Of a DNA stretch of 64,000 nt, positions 20,401-29,619 are shown one piece after another; position 1 is the stretch's first letter; each line of letters starts with the position of its first letter. Under the pieces are notes generated by a model. That model was not told where the DNA came from and searched no databases. It worked only from the letters and a program-made list of their open reading frames with translations. This stretch comes from an uncultured delta proteobacterium (lineage in GTDB: Bacteria > Desulfobacterota > Desulfomonilia > UBA1062): positions 128,001-192,000 of the forward strand of contig CAWAUM010000002.1 of the NCBI GenBank assembly GCA_963785235.1. Direction: 5' to 3'. The translations under genes and the position numbers were made by a program.

Positions 20401-20974
20401 CCAGCAGCGATGGGAGGATCTCCATAGGCAATATGAGGACATCGTAAAGGCAAGCACCCGACTGAGAGAGGTGATCTCAAATATTGAGCGCCAGAGCATA
20501 AAATCTTTCAATAGCACCTTTGTCAAGGTGAAGGAGAACTTTCAGGAAATATTCACTGCAATGTTCGGAGGAGGAAAGGCCGATCTTGTTCTGGATGAGG
20601 GCGAAGAGATAGAGGCCGGCATCACGATCTTTGCCTCACCTCCCTTTAAACGGCTCAGGGCCATGAGTCTCCTGTCAGAGGGAGAAAAGACCCTGTGTGC
20701 CATCAGCTTCATATTTGCGCTCTTCAAGGTCCACCCCTCTCCATTTTGCATCCTTGATGAGGTGGATGCACCTCTGGATGATGCCAATGTCATCAGGCTC
20801 AACCGGCTTATCAGGTCTTTTTCAAATGACTCACAGTTTCTCATTGTCACCCATAACAGATATACTATGGAGACAGCGGATATACTCTATGGCATTACCT
20901 TTGATGTGCCCGGGATCAGCAAGGTGGTTTCAATGGTCCTGGACGAGGTACAGGACAAAACAATTCTTCATTAA
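17447..20974 (+). CDS. smc: Chromosome segregation protein SMC
   Basis: GFKSI, GPNGCGKSN, IIEQG, long coiled coils with hinge, LSEGEK, LDEVDAPLD; 1175 aa. Confidence 0.97.
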   Translation: MKLSRVEIKGFKSIAKKISLAISGGVTCIAGPNGCGKSNIIDAARWALGEQSAKSLRASSMNEVIFSGTQDVGPSSMASVTLEFIKDGGPFPKTLEGFEQVAITRRLFRSGESEYLINNVRCRLKDITDLFLDTGLHKSGYAIIEQGKVKDIIQAKPEEIRYLIEEAAEVGKFRIKRTEALKRLEATSKNLERINDLLGEVTRQRNDLKTQANKARRYQDLRKEVNEISRLLSASELKDIAMLKGAYEQQLKNIEAGLSRMEEARTELMGKLGVYESESIRLKGEMDALASSLSDTESRQLLAAREIEGFQERLKDSSATMGMLSQNMAEAHRYIDEEGAKVAVLMQELSALKDEMDGAQTHLAGQQVRHDELVQEYDALEKLYNEKRTGLFEAISEVRSIEQRIIEVQGRIKEVNATIKRRQQDLSSCVDAAGALSQELVLLEAEISRINQSMQPIHEQIGESAAAMEAARAAIEAGTQRLFGQEKTQAEILAKLSVLSRIIDDESSAQHSPDKTRTNGKKKVSDLLSVQAGYEEAVGRSMGNALDFLIFRDHEEIVSLHGFQSKGPGFVIEQPHIEKHSQGTLSGAFGVLGLLKEFIEAHDGYADIVHALSQNMWVVEDLEAGLTLWKQGHRSCRFVTMDGMILEPTGVIRTTQEHTKYADVLKAKAEMKDLAEREKIIAMDMEQESLSLKQARQVLVDLTARNDEACAALIAMERERSAFEEKKGRILAQKERIFEQHRTYEADLAQTNELEGRLDIQVASLGESKTALEEERTRREEALKEIDERKLASRQGLTQSQENIGLIRERANDLKVLFAEKSSGIKAIEESFEKRRESIVKDQARLDEIIRTRLMVEQSMETSEKQLLSAQSSILNLRASYTALLPEYEKALGLARSAQEEFKAQRAALDEAEKSRSEMLLKNKEFEIAYAMNLERMEGRFGNGIPEIPETFDALQARQRAGEIEDRIEKMGQINFASLEAFEQAQQRWEDLHRQYEDIVKASTRLREVISNIERQSIKSFNSTFVKVKENFQEIFTAMFGGGKADLVLDEGEEIEAGITIFASPPFKRLRAMSLLSEGEKTLCAISFIFALFKVHPSPFCILDEVDAPLDDANVIRLNRLIRSFSNDSQFLIVTHNRYTMETADILYGITFDVPGISKVVSMVLDEVQDKTILH

Positions 20975-21081
20975 GGGAAATTATTTGCCGTTTTCCCCTT
21001 TTCTTTCCCAATAAAGCAGCCTAATATGTAGGTTTGAATCGTGCACATATATTGCAAGGAAATATAAAGAGGTAAAGATCC

Positions 21082-22062
21082 ATGACGCGGGTTATCGCTG
21101 TTACATCCGGTAAAGGAGGGATCGGCAAGAGTAATTTCGTGCTGAATGTGGCCATTTGTCTGGCTGCAATGGAATCCAATGTCCTGATTCTCGATGCCGA
21201 CCTGGGGTTAGCCAATCTCGATGTCCTTTTAGGGGTCAGGACTCACAAGACCCTTGAAGACGTAGTCCTGGGAAGGGCGCAGTTAAATGATATCATTATC
21301 AAGACCGATTACCGCATCGGGTTGATCCCCGGCGCCTCGGGCACCCAGGACATTGCGGACCTGGGCAAAGAAGAGATCGGGAATCTCCTGGAGGCGGTCA
21401 AAGAGATCTCCCGGGACACCGATTTTCTTCTGATAGATACCTCATCGGGCATATCGACCGGGGTGGTATCGTTTCTCATGGCAGTACCTGAGGTTGTGGT
21501 CGGGGTGGCCGATGAGCCCACGAGCCTCACTGACGCCTATGCACTCATCAAGGTCCTCAAGCGCAACGGTTATGACGGCAGGATCTCCATGTTCGCAAGT
21601 ATGGTCAAGAACTCTACGGCAGGGCATAACCTCTTCAAGAAGATATCGTCCGCCACCCAGAGATTCCTGGATATTCAGGTTGATTATCTCGGGAGTATCT
21701 ATTCCGATGACAAACTCGTACGGGCGGTAACCGACCAGGTCCCTGCCGTGGTGAGGTTTCCCACCTCGGATATTGCCAGGTGCTACCGGGTCATTGCGCT
21801 GACCATGCTCGGGCAGAAGGCAGTAGGCGCTGATGTTGAAAAGCTCTGGTCACGGCTCATCCATATGATCGTGAAGGGAACAAAACCCAAGGTGATTAGG
21901 GCCATATCTTTTAACGGGGAAGCCCCGGACAAGAACCTTGAGAAGACCTTCCACGACATCCTGGATGAACAGCGTAAGACCCGTCTCCTCCTTGAGCGCC
22001 TGGTAAATAAGCTTGAGCAGGATGGTACATCTACAAAAAGCATTAAGGGTTATTCTGCGTGA
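21082..22062 (+). CDS. MinD/FlhG(FleN)-like ATPase
   Basis: SGKGGIGKS deviant Walker A, DADLGLANLD, EPTSLTDAYALIK. Confidence 0.85.
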   Translation: MTRVIAVTSGKGGIGKSNFVLNVAICLAAMESNVLILDADLGLANLDVLLGVRTHKTLEDVVLGRAQLNDIIIKTDYRIGLIPGASGTQDIADLGKEEIGNLLEAVKEISRDTDFLLIDTSSGISTGVVSFLMAVPEVVVGVADEPTSLTDAYALIKVLKRNGYDGRISMFASMVKNSTAGHNLFKKISSATQRFLDIQVDYLGSIYSDDKLVRAVTDQVPAVVRFPTSDIARCYRVIALTMLGQKAVGADVEKLWSRLIHMIVKGTKPKVIRAISFNGEAPDKNLEKTFHDILDEQRKTRLLLERLVNKLEQDGTSTKSIKGYSA

Positions 22063-22305
22063 TCGCGCAGCTTGAGACACCCTGTGGACCTTTGTGGATA
22101 TCCGGAGGGAAAGATTCGGTTGATACCATTTCGTGGAACCCTCTTGAGGGTCTTCGACATCATGGTGAACTGGACTAGTTGCTCCATCCCCTCGATTTCT
22201 ATTTCTCCCGAGCTGGACAATAAACAATACCGGTGAATCCGTTTGACAAGATCCACAGGTGTGGCATAAAGAGCTGCACCGAAGCAGTGCAGCGAATAAG
22301 GCATC

Positions 22306-23319
22306 ATGGAGGCAACCCTGGTGACGCCACTTGTAGATCTATATGAAAGGCGCATTAATTATGTAAGAATCTCTGTCACCGACCGGTGCAACCTGAGGTG
22401 CAGGTACTGCATGCCGGAGTCCGGTGTACAGTGGGTCCCCCATGAAAAGGTCATTTCCTACGAGGAACTCTATCGCATCTTGAATATATGCATCTTGCGT
22501 GGCGTTGAAAAGGTACGGATAACAGGGGGAGAGCCCCTGCTCCGTAAGGGTATAATCGATTTTATCAAGCATGTGAACGAGATCGTAGGCCTTAAAGATA
22601 TATCGCTGACCACCAACGGCATCCTCCTGGAATCCATGGCAAAAAAGATGAAGGAGGCCGGGCTTAAAAGGGTCAATGTGAGCCTGGATACCCTTGATAG
22701 AAAAAAATTCGCCTACATCACAAAGGTCGATGCCATCGATGAGGTCATCAGGGGTATCTGTGCTGCTCATGAGCATGGGTTGATCCCGGTCAAGGTCAAT
22801 GTAGTGGCTATACGCGGGTTCAATGACAGCGAGATCCCTGATTTTGCGCGGCTCACTGTTACATTACCCATTGAGGTACGTTTTATCGAACTCATGCCCA
22901 TCGGGTGCATCACCAAATATCCTGAGAATGAGGGTATCGGCGCCAATGAGATCAGGGATTCCATTGAGCGCGTGTATGGACCGATGGAACAACTCAAGGC
23001 GGGTCTTGGCCCTGCAAAAGCCTATAAAATCCCCGGGGCAAAAGGGAGCATAGGTATAATCGGTTCCTTAAGTGAACATGATTTCTGCAGGGCATGCAAC
23101 CGCATACGCATCACGGCCAGGGGAAAATTAAGGCCATGTCTTTTTTCCGAAAACGAGATCGACCTTCTCACCCCAATGCGTGGCGGCATCTCTGATGAAG
23201 CCCTGGAAGGGCTCATTGAAGAGGGGGTAAGGAAAAAGCCGCCTTCACATGGCGTATGCCGTGGCCTGGACCTTGTTCAGGCAGCGCCCAGGTCAAAGAT
23301 GTCTGATATAGGCGGATGA
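22306..23319 (+). CDS. moaA: GTP 3',8-cyclase
   Basis: RISVTDRCNLRCRYC, TGGEP, RFIELMP, FC..CNR.R..PCL, C-terminal IGG. Confidence 0.96.
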   Translation: MEATLVTPLVDLYERRINYVRISVTDRCNLRCRYCMPESGVQWVPHEKVISYEELYRILNICILRGVEKVRITGGEPLLRKGIIDFIKHVNEIVGLKDISLTTNGILLESMAKKMKEAGLKRVNVSLDTLDRKKFAYITKVDAIDEVIRGICAAHEHGLIPVKVNVVAIRGFNDSEIPDFARLTVTLPIEVRFIELMPIGCITKYPENEGIGANEIRDSIERVYGPMEQLKAGLGPAKAYKIPGAKGSIGIIGSLSEHDFCRACNRIRITARGKLRPCLFSENEIDLLTPMRGGISDEALEGLIEEGVRKKPPSHGVCRGLDLVQAAPRSKMSDIGG

Positions 23320-23324
23320 AGGAA

Positions 23325-23672
23325 TTAGGCCTGTTCCAGGGTATGCATCATTTCCAGCAGCCTGTTGAAGGACGTAAGGTCTTTTTTAAAGAGGACCTTA
23401 TTGGTGTTCAGGAATGACAGTCCGGAGCACTTTTCCTTTTCAACAGCCCATACCACCTTGCAGTACAGTGATATATCCCCAATGTCATGGAGATCGTCTA
23501 TGGCAAGCCTCACCACTGAACCTACCGGGATATGTGCCCCTGCTATACACACACCCTCAACGCTGGCATTGACCACAGTAATGGTCTTCACGGTCTCGCT
23601 GATCTCTATGGAACCTTTAACTTCAGGAAAGGGAACCCGTTCATGTATCCGTTTTTCTTTTTTGCTGTGCAT
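23325..23672 (-). CDS. Single-domain PilZ protein
   Basis: EKRIHER (RxxxR) and NASVEG (D/NxSxxG) motifs. Confidence 0.85.
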   Translation of the reverse strand: MHSKKEKRIHERVPFPEVKGSIEISETVKTITVVNASVEGVCIAGAHIPVGSVVRLAIDDLHDIGDISLYCKVVWAVEKEKCSGLSFLNTNKVLFKKDLTSFNRLLEMMHTLEQA

Positions 23673-23836
23673 GGTGATAAAAAATACATTGTAGGCACAG
23701 TTCTGTCAAGACCTTATCCCGCTTGAGCGATTGTACGATTATCCCCCTTACTATATAATGCTGTTCAGTTAATTGGTCATCTCTGGAATGATCACCGGTT
23801 ATGAAACCACATGCGTTCGCTTGAAAGGGGGAGGTA

Positions 23837-24986
23837 ATGGATTTCGATCTTTCCGAGCACCACCAGATCCTCAAGGATTCTATAAGGCGTTTTGCCGTCC
23901 AGGAGATAGGGCCGAGAGTTGCTGTCATGGACAGGGATGAAGCCTTTGATGAGGTCCTCTGGCAGAAAGGCAGGGAACTGGGATTTGTCGGTATGGGTAT
24001 CAGCCCGGAATACAGCAGGAAGTTTCATCGATCATGTTTCGCTCGGTATCATGGCAGAAGAGGTAAGCAAGATAGATCCGGGTGTTGCTGTTGTCTTTGG
24101 GGCCCATTCAGTCCTGTGCGGCAACAACATCGAGAGAAACGGTACACAGGGACAGAAGGAGAAATACCTGCCCCTGCTTGCATCCGGTACCATGAGAGGT
24201 TGCATGGGTATTACCGAGCCCGAGGCGGGCTCGGACGCCCTGTCCATCCGGACCAGGGCCTGCAAAGATGGCAGGGAGTATGTGCTCAATGGGACCAAGA
24301 TGTTCATTTCCAATGCCCCTATTGCAGATGTTGCACTCATCTATGCCACAACAGACCCGTCCCTGGGGCCGAAGGGGTTGAGCGCCTTCATTGTTGAAAA
24401 GGCATTCCCGGGCTATACACGGGGCAAGAGTCTTTCAAAGATGGGCCTTCGATCGTCCCCCACCGGTGAGATCATACTTGAAGAGTGCCGGGTGCCGGAG
24501 GAAAACCTGCTCGGCGGTGTCGAGGGTACAGGTCTGGCTATCATGTTTTCAGGTCTTGACGTGGAACGTATCCTCTGGAGCTGCCAGGCCATCGGCATCG
24601 CCCAGGCAGCGTTTGATGCTGCGCACAAGTATGCCAAAGAGCGACGGCAGTTCACACAACCCATCATATCCTTCCAGATGATCCAGGATAAGCTGGCAAA
24701 TATGCTTGTGGATATCGAAGCAGCAAGGCTGCTTGCATACAAGGGACTTGTGAGCCTCGATAAAGGGACTAAGAGGCAGACCAGGATGCTTGCTGCCCAA
24801 GTCAAGCTCTTTGCCTGCGAGATGGTAAATCGCATCACCTCGGATGCACTCCAGATACACGGCGGATATGGCTACATGAAGGAGTTCCCGCTGGAGCGGT
24901 TCGTTCGGGACGGCAGGGCCTATGCCATTGGCGCCGGAACGAGTGAGATCCAGAAGCTCATCATCGGCAGCTACCTCATGACTTGA
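23837..24986 (+). CDS. Acyl-CoA dehydrogenase (isovaleryl-CoA dehydrogenase-like), apparent frameshift at ~24014
   Basis: MDFDLS..GISPEY then TEPEAGSD, NGTKMFISNA, KMGLRSSPT, QIHGGYGY, IGAGTSEI. Confidence 0.9.
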
Positions 24987-25068
24987 GTCGATAAGGATCG
25001 ATCCAAGAGTATACCCTAGGTATTTATAAAGAGTGTACAAAAAACACAGCCGAGAGGTCTGCACTTCG

Positions 25069-26388
25069 ATGAATGGCACAAATATTCTCCTTGTCAATCC
25101 CTGGATTTATGACTTTGCCGCCTATGACCTTTGGGTAAAACCTCTGGGACTGCTCTATATCGGGGCTATGCTAAGGAAATACGGATGCAGGGTGGATCTC
25201 ATTGACTGCCTGAAAACAGGACCCGGTGATTTGAAGAAACAAGGCGGGCATGGGAGGTTCCCCAGAGAGATCATCCCCAAGCCCGCTGCCCTTCATATGA
25301 TCCCAAGGTACTATGCCAGGTACGGCATCACGCCAAGGGCATTTATCGATGAGCTTGAAAAAATCATACGGCCGGATGCGGTGCTTGTCACCTCGATGAT
25401 GACCTACTGGTATCCAGGGGTCTTCGAGGCCATCCGGATAATCAAGGAGCGCCTCCCGGGTGTACCCGTGATCCTGGGCGGCATATATGCCACACTCTGC
25501 ACCGCTCATGCCCGGAAATACTCCGGCGCAGATCATATCATATCCCATGAAGGGGAGATGAAAATTCTCAGGCTTTTCAGTGCTATGTGGGACAAACCCC
25601 TGGAGGATGTCCGAGGAACGGACGACCTTGATACCCTCCCCTACCCGTGCTTTGATCTCATGACAGACCTGCGCTCTGTCAGTATCCGGACCTCGAGGGG
25701 GTGCCCCTATCGCTGTACCTACTGCGCTTCACACTTCCTCTGCAACTCTGAGCGCCGCAGATCGCCGGTGAAAGTGGCCGATGAGATTGAATTCTGGAAA
25801 GCTGAGCACGGCGTGCAGGACTTTGCCTTCTACGATGATGCCCTGCTTACACCAAGGTCTCATGCAACAATTATCCTCAAAGAGATTATATCCAGGGACC
25901 TTTCTGTGAGGTTCCACTGCCCCAACGGTCTTCATGCCCGCGAGATCACCCAAGAGACAGCCCTGCTCATGAGGCAGGCAGGATTCGCCACCATCAGGCT
26001 CGGCCTGGAAACTTCAGACCCGTTGAGGCAGCGCCGGACCGGGGGCAAGGTGACAAACGCCGAGTTTATTGATGCTATGGAGAACCTTCATAAGGCAGGC
26101 TATGGCGATGAAGAGGTCGGTGTCTATATCCTGTGCGGTCTGCCGGGTCAGAGTGCTTCAGAGGTGATGGATGCCGTGAGCTTTGTAAGAGAAAACGGTG
26201 GAAGGCCAAGGCTGTCCGAGTACTCACCCATACCCCACACACACGAATGGGAGGAAGCAAAGAGGTCAAGCCGGTATCCTATAGAGGAAGAACCCCTGTA
26301 CCAGAACAACACCATCCTACCATGCAGATCCGATGCGTTCACCTATGAGCAGTATCAGGAGATCAAGAATTCGCTCAAGGTGTCTTGA
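25069..26388 (+). CDS. B12-binding domain radical SAM protein
   Basis: NPWIYDFAAYDLW.KPLGLL, GGIYATL, TSRGCPYRCTYC, FYDDALL. Confidence 0.88.
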   Translation: MNGTNILLVNPWIYDFAAYDLWVKPLGLLYIGAMLRKYGCRVDLIDCLKTGPGDLKKQGGHGRFPREIIPKPAALHMIPRYYARYGITPRAFIDELEKIIRPDAVLVTSMMTYWYPGVFEAIRIIKERLPGVPVILGGIYATLCTAHARKYSGADHIISHEGEMKILRLFSAMWDKPLEDVRGTDDLDTLPYPCFDLMTDLRSVSIRTSRGCPYRCTYCASHFLCNSERRRSPVKVADEIEFWKAEHGVQDFAFYDDALLTPRSHATIILKEIISRDLSVRFHCPNGLHAREITQETALLMRQAGFATIRLGLETSDPLRQRRTGGKVTNAEFIDAMENLHKAGYGDEEVGVYILCGLPGQSASEVMDAVSFVRENGGRPRLSEYSPIPHTHEWEEAKRSSRYPIEEEPLYQNNTILPCRSDAFTYEQYQEIKNSLKVS

Positions 26389-26393
26389 GATAT

Positions 26394-27332
26394 TCAGGAA
26401 GAAATCTGGAAACCCTTGATGATTGCGGTGAGCACGTCATTGACCGGCGTGGGGATGCCCTGCTCGCGGCCGTATCTGCTGATGGCGCCGTTGAGCGCAT
26501 CGATCTCGGTAAGCCTGCCGCCCTTTGCCATGTCCTGGAGCATGGAGGACCGGTGTGTTACCGTGGGCGGAAGCTGTGATTCAGTGAGGGTCTTATAATA
26601 GGCTTGGGCGTTTTCATAGGGGAGCTTCACCCCCTTGGAGTCAGCAACCTGAAAGATCTCGGCAATGATCCGGCGCATTGTCTCCATGACTTCGGGGGTT
26701 TCCTGTAAACTGCCGTAGGGCACGTTCAAGATGGCCCCCAGGGCGTTCAGCGAGCAGTTGTAGAGCACCTTGCCCCACAGGAAGGAGGTAATCGTATCGC
26801 AGAGTGAGGTGGGGATGCCTGCATCGTTGAAGTGATCGCAGACCTTTTCTATTATGCCCGCAGGGGCTGTCCCGGAAGGCGAGCCTAAAAGCACCTTGTC
26901 GGCATAGACCGTCACCCTTGCAGTGCCCGGTGTCTCGATCTCGGCGCCGAAGATGACGCGGGCACCCACCGTCCGTTCCCAACCCACGGCCTGGGCGATG
27001 GCCTCCCAATTGCCAAGGCCGTTCTGGATGGAAAAGATGAGAGATTTATCATGGATAAAAGGCAGTGTCTGGGTGATGACCGCAGCGGTATGGTAGGATT
27101 TCACGGACAGCAGCACCACGTCATAGGCCCCGGAGAGGTCCCTGGTGCCATAGTATGCCTTTACGGGGCCGATCCTGTGCTCTCCCCAGATGCCGGTGAT
27201 GGTAAGGCCCTGCTTCTGCATGGCCAGCAGGTGGTCGTCTGCACCCACAAAGGTCACGTCATGACCGTGCTCTGCGAGCAATCCCCCGAATACGCTTCCT
27301 AAGGCACCTGCTCCCATCACCAGGTATTTCAT
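26394..27332 (-). CDS. panE: 2-dehydropantoate 2-reductase (ApbA/PanE family)
   Basis: GAGALGS, VKSY, QNGLG, W.K..YN..LN, SSMLQD, TEIDALNGAI. Confidence 0.88.
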   Translation of the reverse strand: MKYLVMGAGALGSVFGGLLAEHGHDVTFVGADDHLLAMQKQGLTITGIWGEHRIGPVKAYYGTRDLSGAYDVVLLSVKSYHTAAVITQTLPFIHDKSLIFSIQNGLGNWEAIAQAVGWERTVGARVIFGAEIETPGTARVTVYADKVLLGSPSGTAPAGIIEKVCDHFNDAGIPTSLCDTITSFLWGKVLYNCSLNALGAILNVPYGSLQETPEVMETMRRIIAEIFQVADSKGVKLPYENAQAYYKTLTESQLPPTVTHRSSMLQDMAKGGRLTEIDALNGAISRYGREQGIPTPVNDVLTAIIKGFQISS

Positions 27333-27402
27333 TGCAGCCCTCTTATCGCGCCCGGTGCTGTATGTGCCCGCGGGCAGCTCATTCCATACCAAAGGCCGCC
27401 AT

Positions 27403-28797
27403 CTACCGCAACCGCCATTTCAGGTATCCGTCGATGGAGGCGATGGCATCCTGGGGGTTCCGGTAAACCGCAAGCCCTGCGTCTCTGAAGATGGAGAACA
27501 TCCGGATGCGCACCTCTTCGATGTCGAGGATGTTTTCGGTAAACTGCGACAGGATGGGGATGACCGGCTTGTTGATCTTCCGGCAGGCCTCTACGATGGT
27601 GTGCGGGCCGCTCTCGATCTGGTCTTTCTGAAAGGACGTAATGAAGTCCAGAGAAAAGTAGGGGATGATGGCATCGATGTTATCATCCCCGGCCATGGCC
27701 TCGATGGTATGGGCCATGATGGTGAAATCAAAGCCGTAGAACCCGAGATCAACCGGATTGGTGGTGCTGGTGTTCACATTGCTGATACGTTCGCTGATGC
27801 GCCTCTGCGCTTCCTGCGACAGTTCGGGCAGCGGCAGGCCTGCCTGCGATGAGAAATCGGAGAAGAGCACCGAGGTGCCACCCCCGGCGCCAAGGAACCC
27901 AAGCCTGGGTCCCGCAGGGGTTTTCTCGGAAATGGCCATCATAGTGAGGTCTACCAGCTGTTCGAAATTCAGTGCCGCTATGCCATTGGATTGCTTCATG
28001 ACAGCAGTCCAGATCTCATGGTTTGCCGCCATGGCGCCTGTGTGGGATGCCGCCGCCTTGGCCCCTTGTTCCGTGATTCCCCCCTTGAGGATGACCACCG
28101 GCTTTTTCCTTGTCGTTTTATTCAAGGCATCCATGAAGCGCCTTGAGTTCTTGATGTCTTCAATATAGGCGGCAATCACCTTTACCGTATCATCCTCGGC
28201 CAGGTATTCCAGATAATCCTCCACCTTCAGGTCGATCTGGTTGCCATACGAGACTACCTTATTGAGCTCGAGTTTGCGGGAATGGGCCATGCGCATGAAG
28301 TTGTGGGTCATGCCGCCGGACTGACCAAGAAAGGCCACATTGCCGATGCCGGTAATAGGGGACTTGGGGATGTCACAGGTAATGGAGGCCTCAGTGCAAT
28401 GGATGCCTATGCAGTTGGGTCCGATGATCCTCGTGCCGCCCTTGGCTGCAGCGTCGAGTAGTGCCTTTTCAAGTTCGATATTTCCGATCTCGGAAAAGCC
28501 CGATGTGAAGAAGTGAAGGTATTTGATTCCCTTACGGGCCGCCGCCTCCGCCGTTTCCAGGGCCTTGTTGGCCGGCACGCTTGCGATGGCGAGATCTACC
28601 GCTTCCGGGACATCGTCCAGAGACGCATATACCTTGACCCCGTTTATATCCGTGTACTTCGGGTTGACAGGATACAACCTTCCCTTGTAGCCGGCCCACT
28701 GGAGTATCTGATAGTAAGGCATCTTTCCGCCTCCCAGGTGTGGGGAGGCACCTATAACCGCAACACTCTCAGGATGAAAAAGCCTCTGAAGATCCAT
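27403..28797 (-). CDS. Acyl-CoA synthetase (NDP-forming) alpha-subunit-like CoA-binding protein
   Basis: P.SVAVIGAS, LYPVNP, GPNCIG, QSGG, SYGNQIDL, AASHTG (phospho-His), NPVDL. Confidence 0.88.
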   Translation of the reverse strand: MDLQRLFHPESVAVIGASPHLGGGKMPYYQILQWAGYKGRLYPVNPKYTDINGVKVYASLDDVPEAVDLAIASVPANKALETAEAAARKGIKYLHFFTSGFSEIGNIELEKALLDAAAKGGTRIIGPNCIGIHCTEASITCDIPKSPITGIGNVAFLGQSGGMTHNFMRMAHSRKLELNKVVSYGNQIDLKVEDYLEYLAEDDTVKVIAAYIEDIKNSRRFMDALNKTTRKKPVVILKGGITEQGAKAAASHTGAMAANHEIWTAVMKQSNGIAALNFEQLVDLTMMAISEKTPAGPRLGFLGAGGGTSVLFSDFSSQAGLPLPELSQEAQRRISERISNVNTSTTNPVDLGFYGFDFTIMAHTIEAMAGDDNIDAIIPYFSLDFITSFQKDQIESGPHTIVEACRKINKPVIPILSQFTENILDIEEVRIRMFSIFRDAGLAVYRNPQDAIASIDGYLKWRLR

Positions 28798-28961
28798 ATG
28801 TACTCCTCATCTATGTTGCACAGGATGTGTTACGAGCATAGCATAATACCAAAACAATAGTAGGTCTACCAGAGATTTATCGCGGGTTCCGAGTCACTGT
28901 TATCCAGGATGGCGCACGAAAGGGCTTGAAACTTTTTTGTCGAACAACTAGAGCATACAGC

Positions 28962-29600
28962 ATGTTTCAAGGGCCGGTCTATTTTAACGCTATGCGGGTT
29001 CCTCTGCCCATGAAGGCCATCTATAAAAGGCTTGGTTTCAAGAAGGGCGTAACCGAACTCAACCCTGCCCAGGAGGATAAGCTTGTGGCTACCATCGACG
29101 AGGCCGCAGGTGCTATTCATCTCAAGGGGGCTGCCTGTATGCTGGAAATTGTCAGGGTTGACCGGTCGGGCGTGGAGTTGGAAGACAGGACGGTCTTTAC
29201 GAGCAGTGCGCTTGCAGGGATGCTTTCCGGTTGCGCTCAGGTGCTGCTCATGGGCGCCACTGCCGGCCAGGAGGTTATGGAAGAGATCTCTTCAGCAACC
29301 CAATCGGAAAACCTGACCCGGGCGGTAATACTCGATGCCGTTGCCAGTGAGATGACAGATTCAGGGCTTGACTGGATAATGGATTTTATGAATCAGGATC
29401 TCATGCGGAAAGCAAGACGACTTACAAAGGCCCGGTTTTCTGCAGGCTACGGGGATTTTTCCCTGGAGAATCAGAAGGCTATCCATGCGCTGCTCCATCT
29501 GGACAAGATCGGCGTTTCCATTACGGACAGATTCATTCTCATGCCGGAAAAGAGTGTCACCGCAGTTGCCGGGATTGTAGTATTGAGAGAAAACAGGTAG
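28962..29600 (+). CDS. Stand-alone methionine synthase reactivation-domain-like protein
   Basis: ATAG..LDAVASE..RFSAGYGDF.L..Q..IGV.IT...L.PEKSVTA; immediately upstream of truncated metH. Confidence 0.85.
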   Translation: MFQGPVYFNAMRVPLPMKAIYKRLGFKKGVTELNPAQEDKLVATIDEAAGAIHLKGAACMLEIVRVDRSGVELEDRTVFTSSALAGMLSGCAQVLLMGATAGQEVMEEISSATQSENLTRAVILDAVASEMTDSGLDWIMDFMNQDLMRKARRLTKARFSAGYGDFSLENQKAIHALLHLDKIGVSITDRFILMPEKSVTAVAGIVVLRENR

Positions 29601-29619
29601 TTTGCAAGAGAGGTAATGA

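Noticed and set aside
21041-21056. Sigma54 promoter before the FlhG-like gene (GTGCACATATATTGCA)
   Set aside because: The invariant GG at -24 is missing.
22063-22305. Moco riboswitch upstream of moaA, or a minus-strand 45-aa ORF (22050-22187)
   Set aside because: No recognisable Moco aptamer motifs; the small ORF has a possible RBS but no family resemblance.
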